A stretch of DNA of 64,000 bases from Armatimonadota bacterium (GTDB taxonomy: Bacteria > Armatimonadota > HRBIN16): NCBI GenBank assembly GCA_963677485.1, contig OY781964.1, forward strand, positions 4,000,001-4,064,000, written 5' to 3'. Every line of letters begins with the position of its first letter. Within the stretch, counting starts at the first letter, position 1. Shown piece after piece: positions 28,419 through 38,270 of this stretch. A program made the position numbers and the translations under genes. The notes below the pieces were generated by a model. The model searched no databases, was not told the origin of the DNA, and saw only the letters and a list, made by a program, of their open reading frames with translations.

Positions 28419-29987
28419 CTATAACTCCCACGTGGTCTGCACGCCTTGGGCGTGCAACAGACGCCGGAACTCACCAAACAACTCCCCATCCGCACGCACA
28501 TCGGATGGCCGGCAGCCTTGGCCGAGGCAGAACGCGGCGAGCAGGCCGGCGGACTCGCCGATGTTCCACTCCACAGGATGCAGCCGGTAGCAGCCGTTGG
28601 TGATGTGCGTGACCCCGATGTTCTTGCAGGCGGGGATGAGGTTCTTCAGTCGCACAGGGATCAGCGCACCCAGCGGGATGGTGAAGGGCAGGGTAGGGAT
28701 GCTGAAGGCCGCGGCCCCGCCAGCCCCGTTATGGATGTCGATGGTGTATGAGCCCACGCCCACGCTGTCCCAGAAGGCCGGGCTGACCGCCGCGCCTTCG
28801 CGGCCTGTGGCACTCACATGCTGCTCCAGCACGGTGAATTCTGCTTGAATACGGCGGCTTTCGCGATGGTAGGGTGCCATGGCCAGACCATCCGCGGTTC
28901 CGCTCAAGTCGGGCCGGAGCTGCACGCCAGGCCAGCCGATGCCGCCATCGGGACGGGGTGCCTCGTTTTGAAGCCAGTAGACCAGGCTGAGGGTCAGCTC
29001 CTTACTGGCCTGAAGGTGGTGCTGCACGACATCCTCTGGCTGATCGATGATGTTGCCACATACGTAGTCATTCTGGGGCCAGTTGACCACGGTGGCTTCT
29101 TGCGGCTGATGGTCCGGCAAATAGTGCTGATGACAGACGATTCGGCGGTAGGTGAAGAAGCTGCCGTAAAACCCCTCCGGGCCGTCGTCCAGCAGCGTCC
29201 ACTCCTGGGCTTCACCCCGATGGTTGTAGGTAGTCCAGTCCAGCAAACCGTTGCGCCAACCGGGAGGCACGATGTCGCGCCAGTGCTCGTAGCTGGCTGG
29301 CTTCTCGATCGGATGAGGTTTATGGGGGTCGTAGCCCAGCGGCGCACACCAAGTGATGCTCTGTACCTGGTCAGGTTGAGCGTCGCCGGTGGGGGCGTGC
29401 GGTTCACCCGTCTGGCTCTGGCTTTCGGCTCCGGTGGTATATTCGGTGCCGGTGATCGGAAGCAGATCACCCAGCTCGGTGGCATCCAGCACATAGCGTG
29501 CCTGTATGACCAGCCGATCGCCGCCTGTTGAACTCTTAAAACTAACGGCTGTGACGGTGTCGCGGTCCATATCGGCTGAGACGGGCTCATACCCGTAGAA
29601 AAGCTGCAGTTTTCCACTAGCTACATACGGCTGCAAGCTCTGCATCAACACTTGGTGGGCGATTGCTGGTTCGTGGCAGAGTCGAGAGACCCAGCCTTCG
29701 CCGGGGTTCAACAGCGGGTTAGTCATCGCGGTATGGTTCAGACGGCGGTTTTGCCTGTAGTACTCCCGGACACCGGTCCGGAACTGTCGATAGCGCGCGG
29801 TCGCTCCCTGGGTTTCGATATGGCGGTGCTCATCTGGAGGAACCGCCTGACTGCTGAGCTGACCTCCCACCCAGGATGTGGGCTCCGTCATGATGACCCG
29901 GTAACCCAGATCACAAGCGCTGAGCGCCGCCGCTGTTCCGCCGGTGCCCGCACCGACGATAAGTATGTCGCATGTGAGTTCTATCAT
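28419..29987 (-). CDS. FAD-dependent oxidoreductase (FAD_oxidored family)
   Basis: DILIVGAGTGGTAAA, WVGGQLSSQAVPPDE, LDATELGDLL, PYHRESRRI, NGCYRLHPVEWNIGE. Confidence 0.88.
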   Translation of the reverse strand: MIELTCDILIVGAGTGGTAAALSACDLGYRVIMTEPTSWVGGQLSSQAVPPDEHRHIETQGATARYRQFRTGVREYYRQNRRLNHTAMTNPLLNPGEGWVSRLCHEPAIAHQVLMQSLQPYVASGKLQLFYGYEPVSADMDRDTVTAVSFKSSTGGDRLVIQARYVLDATELGDLLPITGTEYTTGAESQSQTGEPHAPTGDAQPDQVQSITWCAPLGYDPHKPHPIEKPASYEHWRDIVPPGWRNGLLDWTTYNHRGEAQEWTLLDDGPEGFYGSFFTYRRIVCHQHYLPDHQPQEATVVNWPQNDYVCGNIIDQPEDVVQHHLQASKELTLSLVYWLQNEAPRPDGGIGWPGVQLRPDLSGTADGLAMAPYHRESRRIQAEFTVLEQHVSATGREGAAVSPAFWDSVGVGSYTIDIHNGAGGAAAFSIPTLPFTIPLGALIPVRLKNLIPACKNIGVTHITNGCYRLHPVEWNIGESAGLLAAFCLGQGCRPSDVRADGELFGEFRRLLHAQGVQTTWEL

Positions 29988-30106
29988 GAGGAGATTATAC
30001 CCCAGGTGAGCGGCCTGTGGGAAAAAGTCACTACCATGCTTTTTGTGAGTTATATCGAACTTAATGGTCCGTGATGCAGCTGATCCCATTACCACCTCAA
30101 AAAAGG

Positions 30107-30210
30107 ATCGACCCACTTCGGGGTAGCAATACTGCACATTCCACCACGGGTTACGCTAACGCTCACCCGTGGCTGTAAGGAATCTTACCCACTTCGTGGG
30201 TGTCCGGAGG
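30107..30210. repeat. REP-like multi-hairpin element, family B
   Basis: acccacttcggggt ... ccacgggttacgctaacgctcacccgtgg ... acccacttcgtgggtgtccggagg; close copy at 59169-59270, partial copy at ~56812-56873. Confidence 0.8.
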
Positions 30211-30381
30211 GTGTCTCCCGCCAATTGTCCTATGCAGAATTAAACTTTGACATGATGATCATATGGCTGAATAGCTACTGAAAAGTGAGATACTTAACTG
30301 CTTGAGGGTAATATGATACAGATGCCACATAACAATTGTGGCTCACGACGATATTCAATGTGACCCGATGAGGAGAGCTCA

Positions 30382-31692
30382 ATGCACCCAATATTGCTAC
30401 TGATGCTGATTACGATGACTTGCCTTCTTAGCTCAATCGGCCATGCCGCAAAGCCAGGTTTCGCGAATCCGAAGCTGGTTGAGGAGGTCATGTCAGGCAA
30501 ACGGACGGAAGCGTGTGTGTCGTGGTGGGGCTTTGACGCCAAGGATTCCACGGAATTTCTGCAAAGCGCGATTAACTCCAAAGTCCCAAAGCTCATTGTA
30601 GATAAACAAGCCTCCGCCTGGGTGACTCGGCCGCTGACGGGAGTGAGCAACCAGCAGATCGTGTTCGCCAAGGGCACGGAACTGGTGGCCAAGAAAGGCG
30701 CATTCCAGTCACGTGATGAATGTCTCTTTTCATTTCAAGAGTGTGAGAATGTGACCCTTCGCGGGGAACGTAAAGACCGTGGGAAGTCGGCGCACATCCG
30801 CATGAATAAGGCGGATTACCAGTCCTCAGCCTACGAAAAGTCGGAGTGGCGGCACGGATTGGCGCTCTACGGATGCCGGAATGTGCTGATTCAAGACCTC
30901 ACGATTGAAGAGACGGGTGGCGATGCCATCTACCTGGGTGCCGCTTTTGGCAAAGGCCCGAACGAAAATGTGGTGATCAGACGCGTGGACTGTAACAACA
31001 ACCACCGCCAGGGCATCAGCGTCATCACCGCCAAGAACCTAACCATTGATGACTGCTGGCTGCGAAATACCAGCGGAACGGCACCTGAGGCTGGCATCGA
31101 CTTCGAGCCGAACAGCCCGAAGGAGTTCCTTGTGAACTGCGTGGTTCGCAAATGTGTCTCCGAAGGAAACAGTGGGTCGGGCTTCTTGATAGTGCCGCAG
31201 CAGATGAACAGCAGTTCGGAACCGGTGTCTATCACCATTGAAGACTGCGTGAGCCGCGGGAACAAGCAGCACGCCATCCATTTGTGCGGCAATCCTAAGG
31301 ATGCTGCTGGTGGGTCGCTGCGGGTGAATAGGTTCAAATCCAGCGATGACAGCATGGCCGGATTGTCCGTTCAATTCAACTATAACGGTCTGCGTGTTGA
31401 ACTGACGAATTCGGCGTTTCTGGGCAGTGCCGTAGGGGATACCTTCTTCGCACCATTCTACCTTCAGGATGTGGGCTCAGAGAACCCGCCTGCGGGGGTC
31501 ATCAGCTTCAGCCGCGTGACAGTGAAAGATGAACTCGACCGGCCGATTATTCGGGTGCGTGGACATAAGGGCAGCGGACAGGAAGATATCACGGGTGGTA
31601 TCACCCTGGAGCGCATGATGCGTACCGAACGACTTAAAGTGGACAAAGCCTTGCTTCAGAAATATGTGGAGCAGCGGCCTGACTGGAAATGA
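30382..31692 (+). CDS. secreted right-handed parallel beta-helix protein (pectin lyase-like)
   Basis: Signal peptide; TGGDAIYL, NHRQGISV, PEAGIDFEPN repeats. Confidence 0.8.
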   Translation: MHPILLLMLITMTCLLSSIGHAAKPGFANPKLVEEVMSGKRTEACVSWWGFDAKDSTEFLQSAINSKVPKLIVDKQASAWVTRPLTGVSNQQIVFAKGTELVAKKGAFQSRDECLFSFQECENVTLRGERKDRGKSAHIRMNKADYQSSAYEKSEWRHGLALYGCRNVLIQDLTIEETGGDAIYLGAAFGKGPNENVVIRRVDCNNNHRQGISVITAKNLTIDDCWLRNTSGTAPEAGIDFEPNSPKEFLVNCVVRKCVSEGNSGSGFLIVPQQMNSSSEPVSITIEDCVSRGNKQHAIHLCGNPKDAAGGSLRVNRFKSSDDSMAGLSVQFNYNGLRVELTNSAFLGSAVGDTFFAPFYLQDVGSENPPAGVISFSRVTVKDELDRPIIRVRGHKGSGQEDITGGITLERMMRTERLKVDKALLQKYVEQRPDWK

Positions 31693-31768
31693 CCAGTAGG
31701 TAGCCTGTGGCTGTGTATTGACACATGGGCAGGCTTAGAGAGATCATGCACAAACTCACCATACTTGC

Positions 31769-31908
31769 TGCCGCGACATAAATGTCTCGGCTACTGACAA
31801 TCAAGACCGTTGAAACGGTCTGCGGTGCTTCGTGTCGTGATTGGCAACGTTGTTTAGACTGCTTCAGCAGTCTTGTTGATCAAGAACCGAGACATTTATG
31901 TCGCGGCA
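31769..31908. repeat. 22-bp perfect inverted repeat enclosing two short hairpins (REP doublet-like)
   Basis: tgccgcgacataaatgtctcgg (31769-31790) / ccgagacatttatgtcgcggca (31887-31908); inner agaccgttgaaacggtct and agactgcttcagcagtct. Confidence 0.8.
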
Positions 31909-31966
31909 AGGTGCTTCCGTTACATTTGTGGGTCATAGACTGGCTTATAAACCGTCGCTGTAATTC

Positions 31967-31991
31967 GTAGGGATGGGCCTTGTGCCCATCC
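31967..31991 (+). repeat. GTAG-type REP-like hairpin
   Basis: gtag-ggatgggc-cttgt-gcccatcc. Confidence 0.55.
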
Positions 31992-32195
31992 GAAATCATG
32001 ATTTACGACAAACCATGGTCGCAGGACGGGTAACAGGTCTGTATTCATTAACATGTTCGGATTCCGTCCGCCCATCCTCGTTCACCCTCGGCTTGATATT
32101 GCCCCACTCATGAAGTAACATGAACCAATGCCCGTTTCCTAACCATTCTGGTATCATCTGACGTCACGGCAGGTAGCTGCACTCTGGAGGAACAC

Positions 32196-34598
32196 ATGTC
32201 TCGAAAATATACCGGTGAGAATCTCGACCGCATCGCATATCCACTGGGCGGAATCGGCGCAGGGATGATTTGCCTGGACGGCACGGGCGCCATCTCCAAC
32301 GTCTCTGTGCGTAACCAACCGAATGTGTTCCTTGAGCCCTGCATGTTCTCGGCCCTGAGCGTGCTGGGTGACAGCGTGTCTGCGCGTGTGCTGGAGGCGC
32401 CTGTGCCGCGCTGGAAGGCGTTCGGCAGCCCTGGCACCGGCAACGGTCTGCCTGACAAAACCTATGGCCTACCGCGCTTTTCAGGTGCCGAGTTTCAATC
32501 CCGATACCCGTTTGCCAGCGTTGATCTGCAGGATCATGAACATGGGCCTATAGAAGCCAGCCTACTCGGCTGGAGCCCGTTCGTGCTTGGCGATGCAGAC
32601 AGTTCCTCGCTGCCGATGGCGGCCTTGGAGTATCAGTTTGCGAACTTGACTGAAGAGCCGGTGGATGCGGTCTACTCTTTCCACAGCCGAAACTTCATGG
32701 CGACTGGTTCACCAGGTGCGGGAGTGGCTGCGGCGCCAGGCGGTTTTGTGCTGCAGCAGGCGTCTGTTGAGGGCAAACCCTGGGAGCAGGGCGCGTTCTG
32801 CGCCTGCGTGGATGATGCGGATGTAGTGGTAGAACACAAGTGGTTTCGTGGTGGATGGTTTGACAGTCTGACGATGGCGTGGAATGCGGTCGCAGCCGGA
32901 AAAGTGGTCGCCAACCCGCCGGTCAGCGAAGGCGACGCCAGCCCTGGGGGCAGCCTGTATGTGCCGTTCCGTCTGGAAGCCGGCCAGGTTAAGACCATCA
33001 CGCTGATGCTCTGCTGGTATGTGCCTCACAGTGAGCTCCAAATCGGCGAGAGCTGCGGCTGTGCTTCGTGCGATCAGCCCAAACCGACCCACTCACCCTG
33101 GTATGCCGGGCAGTATGCCGATATCCAAGCGGTCGCGGCTACTTGGCGCGCCGATTATCATCAACTGCGTGCTGAGGCCATGAACTTCACCGACTGCTTC
33201 TTCGACAGCACCTTGCCTGATACTGCGCTGGAGGCTGTGGAGGCGAACCTCTCAATACTAAAGTCACCCACGATTTTGCGTCAAACCGACGGCCGGATAT
33301 GGGCCTGGGAGGGCTGCTGCGACTCGACCGGCTGCTGCCACGGCTCCTGCACTCACGTGTGGAACTACGCCCAGGCACTGCCGAACCTCTTCCCAGAGCT
33401 GGAACGCACGATGCGTGAGACGGAATTCCAGGTGAACCAGGATGAGCGCGGGCATCAGAACTTCCGCGCCTGGCTGCCGATACGGACGCCGGACCACAGC
33501 TTCCACGCGGCGGCTGATGGTCAGTTGGGCGGCATCATCAAGCTCTACCGCGATTGGCGGATTTCGGGCGACAAAGCGTGGCTGCGCTCTCTGTGGCCGA
33601 AGGCGAAGGCCAGCCTCAACTACTGTATCGAGCTGTGGGACCCGGACCATCTTGGTGTGACCGTAGAGCCGCACCACAACACCTATGACATCGAGTTCTG
33701 GGGAGCTGACGGCATGTGCAGCAGCATCTACCTTGGCGCGCTGAAAGCGGCGGAGCGTATGGGCGCTGCGTGTGGTGATGCCGAACCGCTTTACTCTGAA
33801 CTGCTGAACAAGGGCCTGGCCTATCTTGATGAGCAGCTTTATAACGGCGAGTATTACACCCAAAAGGTGCAGTGGCGTGACCTGAAAGCCACTCAGGCCA
33901 TGCTGAACACATACGGCTACTCACCTGAGGCGCAGGCGATTCTGGAGATCGAGGGGCCGAAGTATCAGTACGGCACCGGTTGCCTCTCCGATGGGGTGAT
34001 CGGCTTTTGGATGGCGCAAGCGGCCGGGTTGGGTATGGTGGGTGATGCTGACCGGGTGAAAAGCCATCTGGCATCGATCTATCGATACAACCTGAAACAC
34101 GATCTCTCCAAACACGCCAATCCTCAACGCCCAACTTTCGCACTGGGTGATGAAGGTGGTCTGCTGCTTTGTTCGTGGCCGAATGGTGGCAAGCCGCAGC
34201 TTCCGTTTGTGTACAGCGACGAGGTGTGGACCGGCATAGAATACCAAGTGGCTTCGCACTGCATCATGAATGGTCTGGTGGATGAGGGGCTGGACATCGT
34301 GCAAACCTGTCGCGACCGCTATGACGGCCGGAAGCGCAACCCGTATAACGAATACGAATGTGGGCATTGGTATGCACGGGCGATGGCCTCGTATACGCTG
34401 CTTCAAGCACTCACAGGTGCGTGCTACGATGCGGTGACTAAGGTTCTTGCGCTGCATCCAGCTATTCAGGGAGATTTCCGTGGTTTCCTTAGCACGGCGT
34501 ATGGGTATGGCACTGTGGGTGTGAAAGATGGCCTGCCGTTCATGGACGTTGTGCAAGGACCGATAGAGATTAACCGCATCGACTACATACCGGTATGA
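32196..34598 (+). CDS. GH116-family glycoside hydrolase
   Basis: PLGGIGAG, WAWEGC, GSCTHVWNYAQ, AADGQLG, HNTYDIE, SDEVWTGIEY, EYECGHWYARAM. Confidence 0.88.
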   Translation: MSRKYTGENLDRIAYPLGGIGAGMICLDGTGAISNVSVRNQPNVFLEPCMFSALSVLGDSVSARVLEAPVPRWKAFGSPGTGNGLPDKTYGLPRFSGAEFQSRYPFASVDLQDHEHGPIEASLLGWSPFVLGDADSSSLPMAALEYQFANLTEEPVDAVYSFHSRNFMATGSPGAGVAAAPGGFVLQQASVEGKPWEQGAFCACVDDADVVVEHKWFRGGWFDSLTMAWNAVAAGKVVANPPVSEGDASPGGSLYVPFRLEAGQVKTITLMLCWYVPHSELQIGESCGCASCDQPKPTHSPWYAGQYADIQAVAATWRADYHQLRAEAMNFTDCFFDSTLPDTALEAVEANLSILKSPTILRQTDGRIWAWEGCCDSTGCCHGSCTHVWNYAQALPNLFPELERTMRETEFQVNQDERGHQNFRAWLPIRTPDHSFHAAADGQLGGIIKLYRDWRISGDKAWLRSLWPKAKASLNYCIELWDPDHLGVTVEPHHNTYDIEFWGADGMCSSIYLGALKAAERMGAACGDAEPLYSELLNKGLAYLDEQLYNGEYYTQKVQWRDLKATQAMLNTYGYSPEAQAILEIEGPKYQYGTGCLSDGVIGFWMAQAAGLGMVGDADRVKSHLASIYRYNLKHDLSKHANPQRPTFALGDEGGLLLCSWPNGGKPQLPFVYSDEVWTGIEYQVASHCIMNGLVDEGLDIVQTCRDRYDGRKRNPYNEYECGHWYARAMASYTLLQALTGACYDAVTKVLALHPAIQGDFRGFLSTAYGYGTVGVKDGLPFMDVVQGPIEINRIDYIPV

Positions 34599-36100
34599 CG
34601 ATGCCTACACATAACGTGAAACAGCAGTTATGGGTCTACCCGGCTCCAGGGCAGGATGCTTACCGCTCGGAGCAATACCGCGTGCGTGTGGAACAGGCTG
34701 TGCAGTCGAAAACGGCATTCTGTTACCAGGCACGCTCGATATGGCACCATGAGTACCCGGAGCCCTACACCGCCGATTACTTTCCAAAAGAGAATAACTG
34801 GGTGAGTTTTTCCTTCTCAGGTACGGTCACGGTGGTCATCGAACCCAGAGGTATTAAGGCGATAGGGGTCGAAGTGCGCCCTGACCCACAAGGCGTAAAG
34901 GCCTCATTAAAGGATGGAAAGATAAGGGTAGATATATCCAGACCCGGGCAATATTACGTGTTGGTGAAAGCGCAGGGTGACGAGAAGTTCGACTTCGAGC
35001 ACCCGCTGTTCATTTTCGCAAATCCCCCGGAGACCGATGTGCCGGTGAAGAGGACTCGTGGCGTTCACTACTTTGGGCCAGGTGTTCACAACATCGGGTT
35101 TCAATATAAAGTGAAGGCTGGCGAGACCGTCTATCTGGCAGGCGGGGCCATGGTTCAGGGATCGATCTACTATGACGGAGCGGGAGTTAAGATTCTAGGC
35201 AGAGGCATTCTGACTGACCGCAAGCTCATGATCCAGCGGGTGAAGTCGGCATTAGCAGAGAAAGCCGCGGGGAAATCGAATGCCTGGGACCTTGGTCACG
35301 ACAAGATGTATGCGGATAAGTGGGCTACGATCTTTGGAGATGTCCAGGGTAACGGAGCACTGATCGAGGGCATCACCATCATCGAATCGCCATTCTATAT
35401 GGTGAGAACTCACGGCTCAGACACGGTGTTCCGTAACCTGAAAATCATGTCCGACCTTTATAATAACAACGGGATTATCGGGGGGCATAACCACAAGATA
35501 CTCGACTGCTTCTTCAAGGTGGAAGACGATGTGTTTTGCTGGATAGCACCAAAATCGGAGACCCGAAACTGCGTGATCTGGAAGCAGGACAATGCGTGTA
35601 TGGTGCAGCTCGGGTATGGTTACAGCTACACATCATCTGAGCATCTGTTCAAGGATAACTGGGTGATCATGGACCGATCCAGTGTGCAGGATTTGGCCCG
35701 CGGCCTGTTTGGTTTGGCATCATCCGCAGGCACCAGCTTCACCGACTGCCGGATCGAGAACCTTAAGGTGTATGGCGATGTGCTCAACTTTCTGGCCATC
35801 GACAACCGGAATATCCCCACTCCATGGTCACTCAAACTCGAGGGTAAGGTCACACTCCGGCCCGTAAATCTGAGTTGCAAGAACGTTCAGATTACCGGCA
35901 CAGAGAGGGGAATCTACTGGGGGCCGGCGGTCGCCGATTTAAAGGACAGCCCCATGCGCTCACGCTTACGCACGGAGAACGATGGTACCATCAACATCGT
36001 TCTGGATAATGTCAGCATCAACGGCAAGCTGTTGAGAAGTGATGCAGACTGGCCCAACGGCTTGTTGAGAACTGGGAAAGTCGCAGTAGACTACAGATAG
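34595..36100 (+). CDS. GH49/GH28-like beta-helix glycosidase-like protein
   Basis: PLFIFANPPE, YFGPGVH, VYLAGGAMVQGSI, ILGRGIL, FFKVEDD; ATGA overlap with the GH116 gene. Confidence 0.65.
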   Translation: MTMPTHNVKQQLWVYPAPGQDAYRSEQYRVRVEQAVQSKTAFCYQARSIWHHEYPEPYTADYFPKENNWVSFSFSGTVTVVIEPRGIKAIGVEVRPDPQGVKASLKDGKIRVDISRPGQYYVLVKAQGDEKFDFEHPLFIFANPPETDVPVKRTRGVHYFGPGVHNIGFQYKVKAGETVYLAGGAMVQGSIYYDGAGVKILGRGILTDRKLMIQRVKSALAEKAAGKSNAWDLGHDKMYADKWATIFGDVQGNGALIEGITIIESPFYMVRTHGSDTVFRNLKIMSDLYNNNGIIGGHNHKILDCFFKVEDDVFCWIAPKSETRNCVIWKQDNACMVQLGYGYSYTSSEHLFKDNWVIMDRSSVQDLARGLFGLASSAGTSFTDCRIENLKVYGDVLNFLAIDNRNIPTPWSLKLEGKVTLRPVNLSCKNVQITGTERGIYWGPAVADLKDSPMRSRLRTENDGTINIVLDNVSINGKLLRSDADWPNGLLRTGKVAVDYR

Positions 36101-36180
36101 CGCAGAGCGGAAATAATCGAGCGTGGCAGACAAGGTGCTGTATGGTGGTTTTGTTCTAGTCGGCACCGTGTCCGATAGGG

Positions 36181-36531
36181 TTACTGGGGAAGCACGTGAT
36201 CATCTATACCGCTGGGGCAGGTCACTGTGTGATTCTCGTTCCCGAGATTGGTGTATGGTTGCTGTTCAGTGGGGCAGACGGGCATCTGCTTTAAGGGGCA
36301 GTTTGGGCCGATCAGATTATGCTGATTGATGCCGATGTTGCGCATCATCAACTGCTGTTTCCCGTCTTCGATCGCTTTCATGTTGGCGATACAGGCTTTT
36401 GTGTGGCTGGTGTTGCGAGCGTTGAGGACACCCGGTACTGCGATCATCAGCAATACGGCAATGATGCATATGACGACCATGATCTCTATCAATGTAAACC
36501 CGTATGGTCGCGCAGGCTTCATGGTAAGCAT
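36181..36531 (-). CDS. type IV pilin / pseudopilin-like protein (prepilin N-methylation domain)
   Basis: G|FTLIEIMVVICIIAVLLMIAVP; CIANMKAI; two CP motifs near the C-terminus. Confidence 0.85.
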   Translation of the reverse strand: MLTMKPARPYGFTLIEIMVVICIIAVLLMIAVPGVLNARNTSHTKACIANMKAIEDGKQQLMMRNIGINQHNLIGPNCPLKQMPVCPTEQQPYTNLGNENHTVTCPSGIDDHVLPQ

Positions 36532-36785
36532 TGCTCCTACAAATGGTCGTTAAGTGACCGGCAAGAAACACTCAGGCTGATAAACCTGTGGGGCTCCATG
36601 TCAAGGGTAGGCGAAAAGCTTCTTGATGTCAAGCGTTTCGATGGCCTTTTTCTTGGATTTCTTATCAAACCACAGATAATTCGGTAACTGAGGTGCTGAT
36701 GGCATCGTCCATTATGTATAACACTCTGTTGTGCAACAATGGCGTTGGGCAGCAAATTAATGGTGTTATCCGAAAGAGGCAGTAG

Positions 36786-38171
36786 ATGTCTGTATCACGA
36801 ACTATTGCAATCGGTATCTCAAGCGTGGCGTTGATGACGATGTCCGCTTATTGCCTGGCGTGGGCGTGTCCGCCATACAACATCCGCGTGTTGGCCATGG
36901 TAGGACTAACTCTCTGCTGTATCACTTCCCTTCTGCATACCCGCGGTCTTTACCCCACTGGTCTTGGACTGTTTACAGGCCTGCTGATGGGTGTTTTAGT
37001 GATAGGCCGAGGCGCCGACTACACCGCCGTCGCAAACATGTTGCCCATCTTCGGCACGGTAGGCATCAACCTTGGCATCACCTGCTGGCTGATCTGCTGG
37101 GCCCGGAAGCGGCTTCCCTTAACCTCCCTATGGTGGTTCATCCCGACCGCGGCTGTGGGCACTGAGTTTGTCGGTGCACACATGTTCCCGGTCTCTCTGG
37201 CCGTTACCCAGCACACCAGTGCATGGGCGTGTCAGTTGGCAGGGATCACTGGTCAGTGGGGTATTTCCTGGGTGCTGTGGCTGGCTCCATCGGCGTTAAT
37301 CATGGGTGCCATCACCCGGAAGGGCTGGCTCATAGCGGCAGGAATCGCACTGTTTGTGCTCACCTGCTTGCCCATCACACCAAAGCTGGTCTCTGTGCCA
37401 GGGCAGGTATGGGTCGCGGCCGTGCAGGCACCTGGCGAACGAACAGCAGCTGAGATCACGATGAAACTGCCGAAGGAGGTCCGCTACGTTGCCTGGCCGG
37501 AGCAAGTGCAGCTATGCTGGGATACCACTACCAGGCAAACTGCCATGCGATCCGGTAAAACTATATCAGGCAGTTTTGAGCGCGAAATCCCCAAGCAGCG
37601 GTCCACCAACTCCGCCAGACTATACGGACCATCGGGCAAGTTATTGCTGGTCACAGATAAGTATCACTTGTTTGGTAAAGAGGTGCTGCAGTATCAAAAA
37701 GGCAACTCAAACAAGGCGGTAGAGGTGGCTCCGGGTGTGCGCGTCGCGGTGCCGATCTGCTTCGATATGGTCTATCCCGATGTGCCGCGTAAACTGGCAC
37801 TGGGTGGGGCCACGCTTCTGCTGGTGCCGAACTCCGATCCTGATTCGCCCAACCATGCCTTCCACAAGCTTCATCTGGTGATGGTGAGTCTGCGCGCCGC
37901 TGAGAATCGCATCCCAATCGTGTGGTCAGAGGTGAGCTCCCTTTCGTCCGTGATCGACGCTTCGGGCGCGGTCATCAAGCAGGCTGGAGAGAACGAAGAG
38001 GCAGCGGTCATCGCGAAGATACGTCCTCGCTACCAACGGACGCTGTATACACGCTTCGGCGATTGGTTCGCCCTGATCTGCCTGACGGTCACGCTGGCAT
38101 TAGTCGGTTATCGACTGTTGGTTCGCATAAAACAGGCTTGTAAATGGGTAAGTGGTCTGAAGCTGAGGTAA
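36786..38171 (+). CDS. lnt: apolipoprotein N-acyltransferase-like (CN hydrolase plus TM domain)
   Basis: Multi-TM N-terminus; catalytic triad AWPE, DKYHL, PICFD; RAAENR; TLYTRFGDWF. Confidence 0.78.
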   Translation: MSVSRTIAIGISSVALMTMSAYCLAWACPPYNIRVLAMVGLTLCCITSLLHTRGLYPTGLGLFTGLLMGVLVIGRGADYTAVANMLPIFGTVGINLGITCWLICWARKRLPLTSLWWFIPTAAVGTEFVGAHMFPVSLAVTQHTSAWACQLAGITGQWGISWVLWLAPSALIMGAITRKGWLIAAGIALFVLTCLPITPKLVSVPGQVWVAAVQAPGERTAAEITMKLPKEVRYVAWPEQVQLCWDTTTRQTAMRSGKTISGSFEREIPKQRSTNSARLYGPSGKLLLVTDKYHLFGKEVLQYQKGNSNKAVEVAPGVRVAVPICFDMVYPDVPRKLALGGATLLLVPNSDPDSPNHAFHKLHLVMVSLRAAENRIPIVWSEVSSLSSVIDASGAVIKQAGENEEAAVIAKIRPRYQRTLYTRFGDWFALICLTVTLALVGYRLLVRIKQACKWVSGLKLR

Positions 38172-38179
38172 CACCGAGT

Positions 38180-38206
38180 GTAGGGCGGAGCAAGTCTCCG
38201 CCCTAC
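38180..38206. repeat. GTAG-bounded hairpin (REP-like or terminator)
   Basis: gtagggcggag-caagt-ctccgccctac, perfect 11-bp stem. Confidence 0.55.
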
Positions 38207-38270
38207 CTCTTGACTTGAGTTATGATGTAAGCTGAACGCTGGGTGAGCGATTACTAGCGACAAGAGGTAT

